A stretch of 64,000 nt of DNA from the human T2T-CHM13v2.0 reference genome, Homo sapiens: NCBI RefSeq assembly GCF_009914755.1, contig NC_060933.1, one strand, 5' to 3'. Below the pieces are notes generated by a model. The model had not been told where the DNA came from. It ran no database searches and was given only the letters and a program-made list of their open reading frames with translations. A program made the position numbers and the translations under genes. Every line of letters starts with the position of its first letter. Positions within the stretch are counted from its first letter, which is position 1. This document shows positions 60,201 to 64,000 of the stretch, piece after piece.

Positions 60201-63200
60201 CGGAACGGAATGGAATGGAATGGAATGGAATGAAATGGAACGGAACGGAACGGAATGGAATGGAATGGAATGGAATGGAATGGAAAGGAATCATCGCGAG
60301 TGCAGGGGAATGGAATGGAATGGAATGCAATGGAATGGAATCTTCCGGAATGGAATGGAATGGAATAGAATGGAATGAAATGCAATGGATTCAACTCGAT
60401 TGCAATGGAATGGAATGGAATGGAATGGAATGGAATGAAATGCAATGGATTCAACTCGATTGCAATGGAATGGAATAGATTGGAATGGAATGGAATGGAA
60501 TGGAATGGAATGGAATGGAATGGAATTAACCCGAATAGAATGGAATGGAATGGAATGGAACGGAATGGAAAGGAATGGAATGGAATGGAATGGAATGGTA
60601 TGGAATGGAATGGAATGGTACGGAATAGAATGGAATGGAACGAATTGTAATGGAATGGAATTGAATGGAATGGAATGCAATGGAATGGAATGGAATCAAC
60701 GCGAGTGCAGGGGAATGTAATGGAACGGAATGCAATGGAATGGAATCATCCGGAATGGAATGGAATGGAATGGAATGGAATGGAATCAACCCGAGTGCAA
60801 TGGAATGGAGTGGAATGGAATGGAATGGAATGGAACAACCCGAATGGAATGGAATGTAATGGAGAGTAAGGGAGTTGAATAGAATCAATCCGAATGTAAT
60901 GGAATGGAATGCAACGGATTGGAATGGAATGGAATGGAATGGAATGCAATGGAATGGAATCAACCCGAGTACAATGGAATGGAATGGAATGGAATGGAAT
61001 GGAATGGAAAGCCTTCAAACCGAATGGAATGGAAAGGAATGGAATCAACACGAGTGGAATGGAATGGAATGGAATGGAATGGAATGGAATGGAATGGAAT
61101 GATACGGAATAGAATGTAATGGAACGAAATGGAATGGAATGGAATGGAATGGAATGGAATGGAATGAAATGGAATGGAATCGTTCCGAGTGGAATAGGAG
61201 GGAATGTATTCGAGTGGAATGGAAAGGAATGGAATCAACCAGAGTGGAATGGAAGGGAATGGAATGGAATGGAAACTAATAGAATGGAATCAACCCGAGT
61301 GGAATGCAATGGAAAGGACTGGAATGGAATGGAATGGAATGGAATGGAATGGAATGGAATCAACTCGATTGGAATGGAATGGAATGGAATGGAATGGAAT
61401 GGAATTAACCCGAATACAATGGAATGGAATGGAATGCAACGGAATGGAGTGGAACGGAATGGAATCAACCCGAGTGCAGGGGAATGCAATGGAATGGAAT
61501 GCAATGGAATGGAGTCATCCGGAATGGAATGGAATGGAATGGAATGCAAAGCAATGGAATCAACTCGATTGCAATGGAATGGAATGGAATGGAAAGGAAT
61601 ACATTGGAATCAACCCGAGTGGAATGGAATGGAAAGGACTGGAATGGAGTGGAATGGAATGGAATGGAATGGAATGGAATCAACTCGATTGGAATGGAAT
61701 GGAATGGAATGGAATGGAATGGAATGGAATGGAATTAACCCGAATAGAATGGAATGGAATGGAATGGAACGGAACGGAACGGAACGGAACGGAATGGAAT
61801 GGAATGGAATGGAATGGAATGGAATGGAATGGAATCAACCCGACTACAGGGGAATGGAATGGAATGGAAAGCAATGGAATGGATTCAACTTGAATGGAAT
61901 GGAAAGAATGGAATCAACACGAGTGGAATGGCATGGATTGGAATGGAATGGAATGGAATCAACCCGAGTACAGGGGAAAGGAATGGAATGGAATGCAATG
62001 GAATGGAATCATCCGTAATGGAATGGAAAGGCATGGAATGGAATGGAATGGAATGGAATGGAATGGCATGGAATCAACTCGATTGCAATCGAATGGAATG
62101 GAATGGAATTAACCCGAATAGAATGGAATGGAATGGAATGGAACAGAACGGAACGGAATGGAATGGAATGGAATGGAATGGAACGGAAAGGAATTGAATG
62201 GAATGGAATGGAATGGAATGGAATGGAATGGAATGGAATCAACGTGAGTGCAGGGGAATGGAATGGAATGGAATGCAATGGAATGGAATCTTCCGGAATG
62301 GAATGGAATGGAATGGAATTGAATGGAATCAACCTGAGTGCAATGGAATGGAGTGGAATGGAATGGAATGGAATGGAACAACCCGAATGGAATCGAATGT
62401 AATGGAGAGTAAGGGAGTTGAATAGAATCAATCCGAATGTAATGGAATGGAATGGAACGGAATGGAATTGAATGGTATGGAATGGAATGCAATGGAATAG
62501 AATCAACGTGAGTGCAATGGAATGGAGAGGAATGGAATGGAATGGAATGGAAACTACCCGAAAGGAATGGAATGTAATGGAGTGTAAGGGAATTGAATAG
62601 AATCAATCCGAATATAATGGAATGGAATGGAACGGAATGGAATGGAATGGAATGGAATGGAATGGAATGGAATGGAATGGAATGGAATGCAATGGAATGG
62701 AATCAACCCGAGTGCAATCGAATGGAATCGAATGGAATAGAATGCAATGGAATGGATTCAACTTGAATGGAATGGAAACAATGGAATCAATACGAGTGGA
62801 ATGGCATGGATTGGAATGGAATGGAATGGAATCAACCCGAGTACAGGGGAATGGAATGGAATGGAATGCAATGGAATGGAATCATCCGTAATGTAATGGA
62901 AAGGAATGGAATGGAATGGAATGGAATGGAATGGAATGGAATGGAATGGAATCAACTCGATTGCAATCAAATGGAATGGAATGGAGTTAACCCAAATAGA
63001 ATGGAATGGAATGGAATGGAACGGAACGGAATGGAATGGAATGGAATGGAATGGAATGGAATCAACGCGAGTGCAGGGGAATGTAATGGAACGGAATGCA
63101 GTGGAATGGAATCATCCGGAATGGAATGGAATGGAATGGAATGGAATGGAATCAACCCGAGTGCAATGGAATGGAGTGGAATGGAATGGAATGGAATGGA

Positions 63201-64000
63201 ACAACCCGAATGGAATGGAATGTAATGGAGAGTAAGGGAGTTGAATAGAATCAATCCGAATGTAATGGAATGGAATGCAATGGATTGGAATGGAATGGAA
63301 TGGAATGGAATGCAATGGAATGGAATCAACCCGAGTACAATGGAATGGAATGGAATGGAATGGAATGGAATGGAAAGCCTTCAAACCGAATGGAATGGAA
63401 AGGAATGGAATCAACACGAGTGGAATGGAATGGAATGGAATGGAATGGAATGGAATGGAATGATACGGAATAGAATGGAATGGAACGAAATGGAATGGAA
63501 TGGAATGGAATGGAATGGAATGGAATAGTTCCGAGTGGAATAGGAGGGAATGTATTCGAGTGGAATGGAAAGGAATGGAATCAACCAGAGTGGAATGGAA
63601 GGGAATGGAATGGAATGGAAACGAATAGAATGGAATCAACCCGAGTGGAATGCAATGGAAAGGACTGGAATGGAATGGAATGGAATGGAATGGAATGGAA
63701 TGGAATCAACTCGATTGTAATGGAATGGAATGGAATGGAATGGAATGGAATGGAATGGAATGGAATTAACCCGAATACAATGGAATGGAATGGAATGCAA
63801 AGGAATGGAGTGGAATGGAATGGAATCAACCCGAGTGCAGGGGAATGCAATGGAATGGAATGCAATGGAATGGAGTCATCCGGAATGGAATGGAATGGAA
63901 TGGAATGCAAAACAATGGAATCAACACGATTGCAATGGAATGGAATGGAATGGAAAGGAATACATTGGAATCAACCCGAGTGGAATGGAATGGAAAGGAA
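54216..64000 (+). repeat. HSat3 block 3b: GGAAT on +, module type A (mosaic transition ~54216-54510)
   Basis: Type-A modules return (GGAATCTTCCGG 54555, GAGAGTAAGGGAGTTG ~54665, CAACTTG ~55009) and continue to the window end. Confidence 0.88.
60690..64000 (+). repeat. ~2.36-kb period repeat (second copy from ~63056, truncated by the window end)
   Basis: Shared variants AAAGCCTTCAAAC (~61008/~63374), GTGGAATGCAATGGAAAGGACT, GGAGTCATCC (~61511/~63872). Confidence 0.82.

Larger units (their letters stand above)
1..64000. repeat. Human/primate Satellite 3 (HSat3, SatIII) tandem array, CAACCCGA-containing type
   Basis: Continuous (GGAAT)n/(ATTCC)n pentamers interspersed with the classical SatIII decamer CAACCCGAGT/CAACCCGAAT and related modules (CAACTCGATT, TTAACCCGAATAG). 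No unique sequence anywhere. Subfamily, chromosome and species cannot be fixed without a k-mer or database comparison. Confidence 0.97.

Noticed and set aside
1-64000. Hundreds of ORFs up to 505 aa (e.g. 36735-38252, 25222-26481, 57287-58540)
   Set aside because: (GGAAT)3 encodes MEWNG and (ATTCC)3 encodes IPFHS with no stop in any frame. The ORFs overlap in all six frames and have no domain-like content.
1-64000. CRISPR-like repeat/spacer appearance of modules separated by pentamer runs
   Set aside because: There are no unique spacers, leader or cas genes. The modules are mutated pentamer pairs from a small recurring vocabulary.
1-64000. Assignment to HSat2, alpha satellite, DYZ1 or a specific chromosome
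   Set aside because: There is no dominant CATTCGATTC pattern, no 171-bp monomer and no regular 3.6-kb unit visible. The location needs a database search.

Overview
The whole window is primate (most likely human) classical Satellite 3 (HSat3/SatIII): (GGAAT)n pentamers interrupted by CAACCCGA(G/A)T-type variant modules. I see no gene, RNA gene, transposon or CRISPR array. Every ORF in the track is a translation artefact of the pentamer (MEWNG / IPFHS). The array is structured. Strand polarity flips twice, at ~17445 and ~44635, giving GGAAT> (1-17446), <ATTCC (17447-44635) and GGAAT> (44636-64000). Two module vocabularies (called A and B here) are arranged A> <A <B B> A>. Shared rare variants show that 17447-~63900 is a ~46-kb degenerate palindrome, and a third, direct copy of part of one arm lies at 1.85-5.7 kb. 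Together this resembles an inverted triplication or double fold-back rather than a simple inversion. Both junctions have 2-4 bp microhomology and cut the AACCC-G module in the same register. Nested periods of ~0.86, ~2.4 and ~3.9 kb are visible. About 24 perfect three-unit heat-shock elements (GGAATCTTCCGGAAT) occur, all in type A. All alignments and counts were made by eye and need computational confirmation.
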